Shown here in pieces: positions 37,919 to 44,964 of a stretch of 64,000 nt of DNA. The translations under genes were made by a program, and so were the position numbers. The stretch spans positions 579,904 to 643,903 of the forward strand of contig CANLUT010000002.1 in the NCBI GenBank assembly GCA_947494335.1, read 5' to 3'. The notes below the pieces were generated by a model. It ran no database searches and had not been told where the DNA came from. It saw nothing but the letters and a program-made list of their open reading frames with translations. The first letter of the stretch is position 1. Each line of letters opens with the position of its first letter. Source of the stretch: Oligoflexales bacterium. GTDB taxonomy: Bacteria > Bdellovibrionota_B > Oligoflexia > Oligoflexales > RGVZ01.

Positions 37919-38314
37919 ATGTCAAAAACTACTGATGTCGATATGGACAAGATTGTCGAAAGATTGAAAATAGACCGCATCAAGCGGCATATTTTTTTAT
38001 GTACTGGAGACAAATGTTGTTCGGCAGAGACTGGCATGAAAACCTGGGAGTTCCTTAAAAAACGAACTAAGGATGCTGATGCCGTTGAGGCTGGAGTTTA
38101 CCGAACAAAGGTTGGTTGTCTTCGCATTTGCCGCGAAGGTCCTATAGCTCTCGTTTACCCCGAAGGGGTTTGGTACAAAAATGTCACGGTTGACGCATGC
38201 GAGAAAATCATCGATCAGCATTTGATCTGTGGACAAATTGTGGAAGAACTAAAAATCGCCGAGCATTCATTACATCTGGATTTATCGTCAGGTGGCCAAT
38301 GGGACACCCCCTAG
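37919..38314 (+). CDS. Thioredoxin-like [2Fe-2S] ferredoxin family protein
   Basis: HIFLCTGDKCC and GCLRICREGP give the CX4C...CX3C cysteine pattern of thioredoxin-fold 2Fe-2S ferredoxins. The ATG at 37919 lies 1 nt after the upstream stop. Confidence 0.6.
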   Translation: MSKTTDVDMDKIVERLKIDRIKRHIFLCTGDKCCSAETGMKTWEFLKKRTKDADAVEAGVYRTKVGCLRICREGPIALVYPEGVWYKNVTVDACEKIIDQHLICGQIVEELKIAEHSLHLDLSSGGQWDTP

Positions 38315-38423
38315 AAACTCAGATTTGCTTACCATTGTCGGGTTTTGCTAAAAGCGCGTAATTTAAGCATCAGGTTGTGCAGCATAAAATTTATGACAAA
38401 AATTGAAATCAAGGCTCGGTTTC

Positions 38424-38438
38424 ATTGACGTCGTCAAT
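38424..38438. promoter_or_regulatory. Perfect 7-1-7 palindrome ATTGACG-T-CGTCAAT upstream of the rhodopsin gene (candidate operator overlapping a -35-like TTGACG)
   Basis: Read directly from the sequence. It lies 84-98 nt upstream of the ATG at 38522. TTGACG, an 18-nt spacer, then GACAAT could be a promoter. Confidence 0.3.
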
Positions 38439-38521
38439 TTAAATATGAGACAATCTACTGAGGAATTCACATTAATGTTCAGTGTCTAGGTTGCTAATTT
38501 AATTTGGAGTGGAGTCAAAGT

Positions 38522-39283
38522 ATGACGGAACTAACAGCAGCGCAGTTTTCGCTCGTTTACAACATGTTTTCTTTAACCATTGCTAGTATGGGGGCAGCAT
38601 TCATCTTCTTCCTAGCATCTAGGTCGCAAGTCGCGCCGAAATACCGTGGTGCGCTTACAGTGTCATCGTTGGTGGTGGCGATTGCTTGCTATCACTATTT
38701 CCGTATCTTCAATAGCTGGAACGAAGCGTTTACCTTAAGCGGCGCAGTCTACACGCCATCTGGGAAACCATTCAACGATGCTTACCGCTATGTTGATTGG
38801 CTTTTGACAGTTCCTCTACTTCTTGTTGAACTCGTTGCAGTATTGGCTTTGCCAAAAAATCAGCGCGAAGGCCTCTTTGGTAAGCTAGCTATCGCGGCTT
38901 TCCTGATGATTGCACTTGGTTACCCTGGTGAAGTCGCTACAGATAACACAACTCGCGCCATTTGGGGCACACTGTCTTCGATCCCATTCGCATACATCCT
39001 AATGATCCTTTGGGGCAAATTGGGTGCAGCAATCGAAAGCCAGCCAGGCGAGGCTAAAGTCTACTTGACTAATATCCGCCTACTACTTCTTTTGACTTGG
39101 GGCTTCTACCCAATCACCTACATGCTTCCGATGTTCGGCATTGACCCACAATCCTCGGTTGTTGGTATTCAGGTTGGATATGCTGTCGCTGACGTGCTTG
39201 CAAAAGCCTTCTACGGCGTTATGATCTACTGGATCGCAAGAGCTAAGTCAGAAAACGAAGGTTTCGCTGACGCTGCCCACTAA
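38522..39283 (+). CDS. Microbial rhodopsin, proteorhodopsin/xanthorhodopsin-type outward proton pump (DTE motif)
   Basis: Seven TM helices. RYVDWLLTVPLLLVE gives D92/T96/E103 (the DTE motif). H58 sits in CYHYF (the PR/XR-clade His). L100 is at the spectral-tuning site. ADVLAK gives D224 and the Schiff-base K228. WGFYPITY is in helix F. The ATG at 38522 follows GGAGTGGAG. The track's TTG at 38504 is less likely. Confidence 0.9.
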   Translation: MTELTAAQFSLVYNMFSLTIASMGAAFIFFLASRSQVAPKYRGALTVSSLVVAIACYHYFRIFNSWNEAFTLSGAVYTPSGKPFNDAYRYVDWLLTVPLLLVELVAVLALPKNQREGLFGKLAIAAFLMIALGYPGEVATDNTTRAIWGTLSSIPFAYILMILWGKLGAAIESQPGEAKVYLTNIRLLLLLTWGFYPITYMLPMFGIDPQSSVVGIQVGYAVADVLAKAFYGVMIYWIARAKSENEGFADAAH

Positions 39284-39323
39284 TTTGGCAGCTGGTCGCA
39301 TGAGCGTCCTAAAGTGCATTTGA

Positions 39324-41372
39324 TTAAACCGCCTTCGCTGAAAAGCGAGGCGGTTTTTTCTTCAGAAATCTTTTCATGACCGGCGCATGAGACGCAGTTA
39401 AAGCTCCGATCCCTAAGAAAACGATCTTCCAAATTTGTTGACTACCGCCTGAGCGCGCATAGAGCCAGGCGAGCAGAAGAATCCCTACAAGGCTCAAGGT
39501 CGTGTAGGGGAGACTTTTTAACAGGTATTGCTTAGATGACCAGCCTTTTGCAGCTCGTTGGACCGCAATAGAATCCCAGCCGTGCCAGAATGCGAAGAAA
39601 CAAAAAAACCCAGGCAGTAGAGGTAGCGCCAAGGTTGAAGCGGCGAGCGCCAATGTAGCGGGCATTCCGATCACAGACCTACCAAGAGTCTTACGCTCAT
39701 ATCGATCAAAAATCGCGGACACAAACAGTGCTGCAACGAAAACAAGTACGCCGCATGCGCGCGCGGCCTCCAAGGTGATTCCCTCGATTGAAAGCGAATC
39801 ACCAAGAATTAACTGAATAATCGAATTGGCCTCCTGCCAATGGACTAGAACACCAAAGGTTGCGGCAAAAAAACCCCATACCCAAGCTAACACGCGGCTC
39901 CAAGTGGCATTCTTCGAGCTTTTTATGGCACGAATCCAGTTTGCCTCGCCGAAATGATCTGCAGATTGGAACAGGAAAAATGCTAACGCCATCGGGGGAA
40001 ATACAAACCAAGTGAGAATAAACAGTGCTATGGAGCCAAGATAAACACCATAAAACTGATAGGGTCTTTGAGCTGTGGGCTCAAGGAGATGATCTACGCT
40101 GCCGTGCCCAATTCCAGTCGTTAACAGACCTATGATGGGAATCGTCCATCCGGCCAAACCACCAAGTGTCCAATGAAGAACGAGACTGGCCGACGCCGCA
40201 AATATAAACGGATACAAAACTAAAAGACTACGTAAAAATGGAGCCCAAGGCAGACCAAAAAATATTCTAATTTCTTCAGTAAATTTCGATTTTTCATCAA
40301 GGAATAAGAGGATTTTTGAGGGACTATTCGCAGAGAAAAGAATGCAAAATACTTTCGAGATCATTTCTCCATTTGTTCTGATAATTCGCAGAAGAAGTGC
40401 GTCATAAACCTGAAAGCGAAAATGTCCGTAGGACGTGGTCGCTAAACCAGTCAAATGCCGAAGGTTTCTCTGGAAAGAGTAGCCTGTGCTTGCTTTGACC
40501 ATACCAGCAGCACTACCAATGACCTGGATAACTGAACTAGAGTCAGACCCTGGGAATTTCGGCTCCGCATTGAGAGTCATGGGAATAGCACCTGATTCTA
40601 CCTTGAGGATTTGGAAGTCTGGTAAGCAAAGCTTGCTAGAAATATATTCTCGAAGTATTGACTCACACTTTTCCAATGAGATCCTGTTGGCTGCAAACAC
40701 CGTAAATTCGACCAAAGCGCGACGTCGATCAAACGGTAAAACATACACAAAGCGAACTTCGCCGCGTTGTTCAAGCCTAAAATCCATCAAGTCCACTATT
40801 TGCGGATCAAAGTAATCCCGCTCTGTTTCAAGTTCAAAACCGAGGAAATACTGTAATAATTCGGACTTTTCGACAGTCACAGAATTATAGATACGCTTGG
40901 CTGAAAACGTCTGGCCAGACGCGGTCGTGACGACGGCTATCCTCTCTGCGTTGACCTCCTCGGGTCGCTCTAGAATCTCGGTGACAGAATCTTTGAGTTT
41001 TTGAAATCTTATATCGTTTTCGAGTCTTTGCTTGATTTTGATTAGGAGGCGGTCCCCGGGAATTCTCTCGTAGTAGTAATCACCAAAGTTACAGATAATT
41101 GGCCGACCATCTGTCGAAGTTATCCGAAATTTCTCCCAGCGGTTTTCGATACAATCTGAATAACGATGGGGAGTGGTTGTTTTAAGGCGCCATGAGGCAA
41201 ATGTCTTGGATGAAAGCGACTCAGGGTCTGGATCGATGATCGCAACTCGAAGATCTTTTGACGGGTCATCTGCAAGAATATCGGCTTGCATCAGACCCGC
41301 TAACCCACCACCAACGATTATGACGTCGAAATCTGTCAAATTGGAGACCATTTTATCAGCCTCCCTTTCCAC
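39324..41372 (-). CDS. Fusion protein: lycopene beta-cyclase (CrtY family) N-terminal, Brp/Blh beta-carotene 15,15'-dioxygenase C-terminal
   Basis: Cyclase half (about aa 1-385): FAD fold DVIIVGGGLAGL, FVYVLPFDRRRALVEFTVF, VIGSAAGMVKASTGYSF. Blh half (about aa 385-682): polytopic, with conserved His motifs GIGHGSVDH, QSADHFGE and FAFWHGWDS. One uninterrupted frame. Alternative ATG at 41351. Confidence 0.85.
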   Translation of the reverse strand: MEREADKMVSNLTDFDVIIVGGGLAGLMQADILADDPSKDLRVAIIDPDPESLSSKTFASWRLKTTTPHRYSDCIENRWEKFRITSTDGRPIICNFGDYYYERIPGDRLLIKIKQRLENDIRFQKLKDSVTEILERPEEVNAERIAVVTTASGQTFSAKRIYNSVTVEKSELLQYFLGFELETERDYFDPQIVDLMDFRLEQRGEVRFVYVLPFDRRRALVEFTVFAANRISLEKCESILREYISSKLCLPDFQILKVESGAIPMTLNAEPKFPGSDSSSVIQVIGSAAGMVKASTGYSFQRNLRHLTGLATTSYGHFRFQVYDALLLRIIRTNGEMISKVFCILFSANSPSKILLFLDEKSKFTEEIRIFFGLPWAPFLRSLLVLYPFIFAASASLVLHWTLGGLAGWTIPIIGLLTTGIGHGSVDHLLEPTAQRPYQFYGVYLGSIALFILTWFVFPPMALAFFLFQSADHFGEANWIRAIKSSKNATWSRVLAWVWGFFAATFGVLVHWQEANSIIQLILGDSLSIEGITLEAARACGVLVFVAALFVSAIFDRYERKTLGRSVIGMPATLALAASTLALPLLPGFFCFFAFWHGWDSIAVQRAAKGWSSKQYLLKSLPYTTLSLVGILLLAWLYARSGGSQQIWKIVFLGIGALTASHAPVMKRFLKKKPPRFSAKAV
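39326..39359 (+). terminator. Rho-independent terminator for the rhodopsin gene, embedded in the 3' codons of the convergent crtY-blh gene
   Basis: AAACCGCCTTCGC-tgaaaa-GCGAGGCGGTTTTTT: a stem with one bulge followed by a T6 tract. Confidence 0.6.
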
Positions 41373-42493
41373 TCATAGCGACCACTCTGACTGGTCCTTA
41401 GGGCCTTGTAAGCAGCGATGTCCAATAGCAGTAAACTGAGCGGGTGCAGCAGTAGATCACGAAGTGGCATCATAAAACATTTAGCCACTAAAACCCTGCT
41501 CAAAGCCAACAAACAAAGTGAAATAAAGGCCAACTCGGGTCGAAAAAAATAACCCCAAATTGGAAATAGAAAAACAAAATTAATAAATCCGATAACGCAT
41601 CTAAAAACCGACGGTGTACCACCACCGATCGCCACTAGATTTTTCGAAAATCCAGCCAAGGTAGCCCGCCAATCGGGGTACATCGATACCCGAATGTGAC
41701 TCGCTGAGAGAACTGGCTGAAGACCACGACCTGTGACTCGGTGAATCTGACGCGCCAGTTCGACGTCCTCTAACGGGGTCGAACCAAGACCTCGGTGACC
41801 GCCGCTTTTACAATAGTCCCTCTTGAAGATGGCGACCCATTGCCCATTTGCCATCTGCATCGATTGCAAGGGTAAGCGCCACGAGCAAAACAAGGGTAGC
41901 GACATCATTAATGGAAGATGCATAATCCATGGTATCAGTAAACGCTCACGCAAGCCTTGGCACGACTGTGCTGGTAAAGCCGATAACCCGGACATTAGCT
42001 CGCGCGCCCGTGGCTGCATCAAGAGATCTACGGTACAACGAACAGCGCTGGGCGAGGGTCGCACATCGGCGTCGCAGAAAATTAAAATATCTCCATTAGC
42101 TAAGTCGGCAAGTTGTGCGCAAGCATGAGCTTTCCCCGAGATTTCTTTACTATCGTTCCATGGGACTCCCCGCACGATCTTTAATGGGATAGTAGTATTT
42201 GACAAGAACGAGTTTGCAATCGCTGAGGAGTCGTCGTGAGACTCGTCATCTAAAATAATCACCTCCATTGGTCTGTAAGTTGATGCCAGCAGATTCGTCA
42301 GAAGGTGGGGGATATTTTCGGCCTCATTTCGAACAGGTATGAGTAAACTGACCAGGGGTTTTTCACCTGAATATTCAGTCACACTTCCCAGTTTAGTTGC
42401 AAAAATTGCATTAAGGATGACCATTATCGTGGAGATAACAATGACCGAGAATGAAATCAAACTTACGATGTTACTGAGGAGGGTTAGATCCAT
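41336..42493 (-). CDS. Family-2 glycosyltransferase (candidate carotenoid glycosyltransferase, CruC/CruG-like)
   Basis: VSLLIPVRNEAENI...VIILDDESHDDS and FCDADV are GT2 (GT-A) motifs, with C-terminal TM helices. Overlaps both neighbours within the crt operon. Confidence 0.7.
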   Translation of the reverse strand: MDLTLLSNIVSLISFSVIVISTIMVILNAIFATKLGSVTEYSGEKPLVSLLIPVRNEAENIPHLLTNLLASTYRPMEVIILDDESHDDSSAIANSFLSNTTIPLKIVRGVPWNDSKEISGKAHACAQLADLANGDILIFCDADVRPSPSAVRCTVDLLMQPRARELMSGLSALPAQSCQGLRERLLIPWIMHLPLMMSLPLFCSWRLPLQSMQMANGQWVAIFKRDYCKSGGHRGLGSTPLEDVELARQIHRVTGRGLQPVLSASHIRVSMYPDWRATLAGFSKNLVAIGGGTPSVFRCVIGFINFVFLFPIWGYFFRPELAFISLCLLALSRVLVAKCFMMPLRDLLLHPLSLLLLDIAAYKALRTSQSGRYEWKGRLIKWSPI

Positions 42494-43152
42494 CGGTGGA
42501 CGCCTCCTGCTAGTAAAGTCTGGGGTGCGTTCAAGGATGCTACATCTAAAATTTTTGTGACTTCAGTCTCTAAAGTTTTATGATCAACTTCAGTACGCGC
42601 GCTATCAATTGGTTGACCGGCGTAAATGAAGGCCGTCGGCCTCTCATGATTCATAGGCTCAATGTGCAGCCCAATAGGAACGTACTGAACCCGACCTGTA
42701 ATTTTAGATAGTATTTCAATTCCACGCAGAAAGCCGAGTGGCCGTTGCCGCAGTGGTGATATTTTCCCTTGTGGGAAAAATGTTAGAGTCCGATAAGGAT
42801 TACTGGCAACCAGGTCTCGAAACTGCATAAAAGCTCGACGCACACTTGTTGGATTTCCCGGCTCTATTCCAAAGCAACCCACCTTGCGTAAGATTGGGAA
42901 TTTCGCAAGTTCGCTTTCCAGCATCAATGAGAAGATACCGGATCCAGGCCTCAGGCGATTTTGGACTTCAAAGCAGAAAAAACCATCCCACCAGCTAATA
43001 TGATTTGGCACCAATATAACTGGTACCTCAGGATTCAGTTGACCAATGGCGTTTTTCAAATCGAAATGTATAGATGCAAAACATTTCTGGTACTTCCAAT
43101 GGAGGTACCGATCCCAAAACCATCGGACAATGTCGTTATGTCGAGGTGCCAC
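42484..43152 (-). CDS. PlsC-type acyltransferase (candidate carotenoid-glycoside acyltransferase, CruD-like)
   Basis: HX4D motif in VPNHISWWDGF, and FFPQGK. The functional assignment is by context. Confidence 0.65.
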   Translation of the reverse strand: MAPRHNDIVRWFWDRYLHWKYQKCFASIHFDLKNAIGQLNPEVPVILVPNHISWWDGFFCFEVQNRLRPGSGIFSLMLESELAKFPILRKVGCFGIEPGNPTSVRRAFMQFRDLVASNPYRTLTFFPQGKISPLRQRPLGFLRGIEILSKITGRVQYVPIGLHIEPMNHERPTAFIYAGQPIDSARTEVDHKTLETEVTKILDVASLNAPQTLLAGGVHRWI

Positions 43153-44017
43153 GGGTCAATAATCCGAGCTGCAAAGTCCCTCGCGTGAAACTAAAAAGAC
43201 AGAGTAATAATAGTGTAACGGTCGTAAGAACAACAGGTGACCAGGCTGATCCAGCAATTGAAAGACCAACCGGAAGGGACAGGCTTAACAAGTAAAATTT
43301 GGCAGGCCACGAACGCTCAAAGCGATGGCCATAATTTGATAAACCCAAAATCTCAAAACTGAGGAATATTAAAAAGCCGGTGAGCAACCATCCAAAAAGA
43401 TTTCTGACGGCAACTCCTAAGAAAAAGACCCCAGACTCTTCCCAAATCCAGTAAGGAGTTAACTGACTCATGGCAGGCTCCAGGGTGAAATCCCAGGCGA
43501 CTAGGAGCAATGATGCTATGATGATCCGTCCGAGGGGATGCGCCAAGCGACCTATAGAGCCTCGAGAGGCTCTCAGAGGTTTAGGCCCAAGAATCTGATT
43601 TGCTAGCAGATAACAACACAGAGCCATGCAAAACCAACTCACAGGAATCAACACAGGAACTTTATCGCCAAGCTTCCATCCAAGGAGGCTCGTATAGGAA
43701 TATTTGCCAAACGGGATACCGTAGCTTGTGCCGCCAAATTCCATAAAAAAACTGATCAAAAAAGCAGGCAGAAAGTACACCAGCCAACGCCAGCCCAAAA
43801 CTTTGTGGGCGGCCCTTATGCACAACCAAAAGCAAAGAAGAATCTGCAATCTAGCAAAAAGCGGGTATGATATGGCATAAATTGGCGGAGACCACGGATA
43901 GCGCGCAAAAAGCTCTGGATGTAGCGTAAAAGTTGCGTATCCAAAAATTGATATGGCATTAATGAAAAGCAAGGCCCACATTGGGGAGAAGAATAGCACA
44001 TGAGTCACTCGGGGCAA
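43136..44017 (-). CDS. Carotenoid biosynthesis membrane protein, DUF422/CruF-like (candidate carotenoid 1',2'-hydratase)
   Basis: Polytopic. GGTSYGIPFGKYSYTSLLGW and LEPAMS...WIWEESGVFFLGVAVRNLFGW resemble the Caroten_synth/CruF family. The track start is TTG 44017. ATG 43981 (MWALLFIN...) is a plausible alternative. Confidence 0.6.
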   Translation of the reverse strand: MPRVTHVLFFSPMWALLFINAISIFGYATFTLHPELFARYPWSPPIYAISYPLFARLQILLCFWLCIRAAHKVLGWRWLVYFLPAFLISFFMEFGGTSYGIPFGKYSYTSLLGWKLGDKVPVLIPVSWFCMALCCYLLANQILGPKPLRASRGSIGRLAHPLGRIIIASLLLVAWDFTLEPAMSQLTPYWIWEESGVFFLGVAVRNLFGWLLTGFLIFLSFEILGLSNYGHRFERSWPAKFYLLSLSLPVGLSIAGSAWSPVVLTTVTLLLLCLFSFTRGTLQLGLLTRGTST

Positions 44018-44761
44018 GGATATTTAGGACGTACGACAGTCATCAGCAGTGACAGCACAGCTCCGGCCTTAGGATGTTTAGTCGTTACCACATGGGTTGT
44101 AAGCCTTTGGTATGCGTTTACGCGCGTTCAAACAGGTGTTTTCCCTGACTCTTTAGCCAGCATTGCCTTAATGCTCTGGATGCAGTTTCTTTATTGTGGT
44201 CTATTTATCGTGACCCACGATGCCTGCCATGGCACTGCGTGGCCCGGAAATCCGAGGCTGAATCGATGGCTGGGGAAAACTACAGCGATGCTGTATGCGG
44301 CCTTTGATTTCGATCATCTGGTCCCGAAGCACCTTGCTCATCACGCTCATGTTGCAACCCTCCAAGATCCAGATTTCCACGATAATACTCGGCAGGGGAG
44401 AGGTTTTTCCGCCTGGGGTTGGCGATTTTTTAAGCATTATCTGAGCCTAAGGCAAATTCTTATCATGATGGCTGTGGCTCAGATTTTTTTTCATGTGCTG
44501 AATATACCGGAGAGAAACGTCATCCAATTTTGGATCGTCCCAGCTATTTTGAGTGGCATGCAGCTCTTTCTATTCGGCACTTGGCTACCACACAGGCCAA
44601 AAGCTGGTGAAGAGTTTCCCGATCGTCATCACGCGAGAGACTCTGGACTACCTTGGTTATTATCACTCGTTTCCTGCTGGCATTTCGGCTACCATCATAT
44701 TCATCACTTGAAACCCAGCGTGCCTTGGTACAGGTTACCGTCCTATAGGAGGCGAAAATGA
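44000..44761 (+). CDS. crtW: Beta-carotene 4-ketolase, CrtW type
   Basis: Fatty-acid-desaturase-type His boxes in CrtW arrangement: FIVTHDACHG, KHLAHHAH, DPDFH, WLPHRP and HFGYHHIHHL..PWYRLP. Confidence 0.85.
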   Translation: MSHSGQGYLGRTTVISSDSTAPALGCLVVTTWVVSLWYAFTRVQTGVFPDSLASIALMLWMQFLYCGLFIVTHDACHGTAWPGNPRLNRWLGKTTAMLYAAFDFDHLVPKHLAHHAHVATLQDPDFHDNTRQGRGFSAWGWRFFKHYLSLRQILIMMAVAQIFFHVLNIPERNVIQFWIVPAILSGMQLFLFGTWLPHRPKAGEEFPDRHHARDSGLPWLLSLVSCWHFGYHHIHHLKPSVPWYRLPSYRRRK

Positions 44762-44964
44762 AATTGCGATCGATCTTAATGTGGACCACGGGTGGCGCGT
44801 TGTTTGGAGTCGCCTTCGGAGCGATAGCTTCTATCTTTCAAGGTGGTCCAGATATGATGCGAGGTATCCAGGAATCATGGTGGTGGTTTGGCGTCGCTGG
44901 ATTTTTGATATCAACGATCGGCAACGGCAGCGATCCCGCGAGTGGCTCTAGTCAATCTCATTGA
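44758..44964 (+). CDS. Small two-TM membrane protein, translationally coupled to crtW
   Basis: The ATG overlaps the crtW stop (ATGA), with AGGAGG 5 nt upstream. 68 aa with two hydrophobic helices (GGALFGVAFGAIASIF; WWWFGVAGFLISTIG). Its last 54 nt overlap the 3' end of convergent crtB. Confidence 0.45.
   Translation: MKLRSILMWTTGGALFGVAFGAIASIFQGGPDMMRGIQESWWWFGVAGFLISTIGNGSDPASGSSQSH

Noticed and set aside
38522-39283. Whether the opsin could be a Na+ pump (NDQ), a Cl- pump (NTQ), a sensory rhodopsin or a heliorhodopsin.
   Set aside because: The helix-C motif reads D-T-E, with the PR/XR-type His in helix B and a normal helix-G Lys. That fits an outward proton pump. No transducer gene is adjacent.
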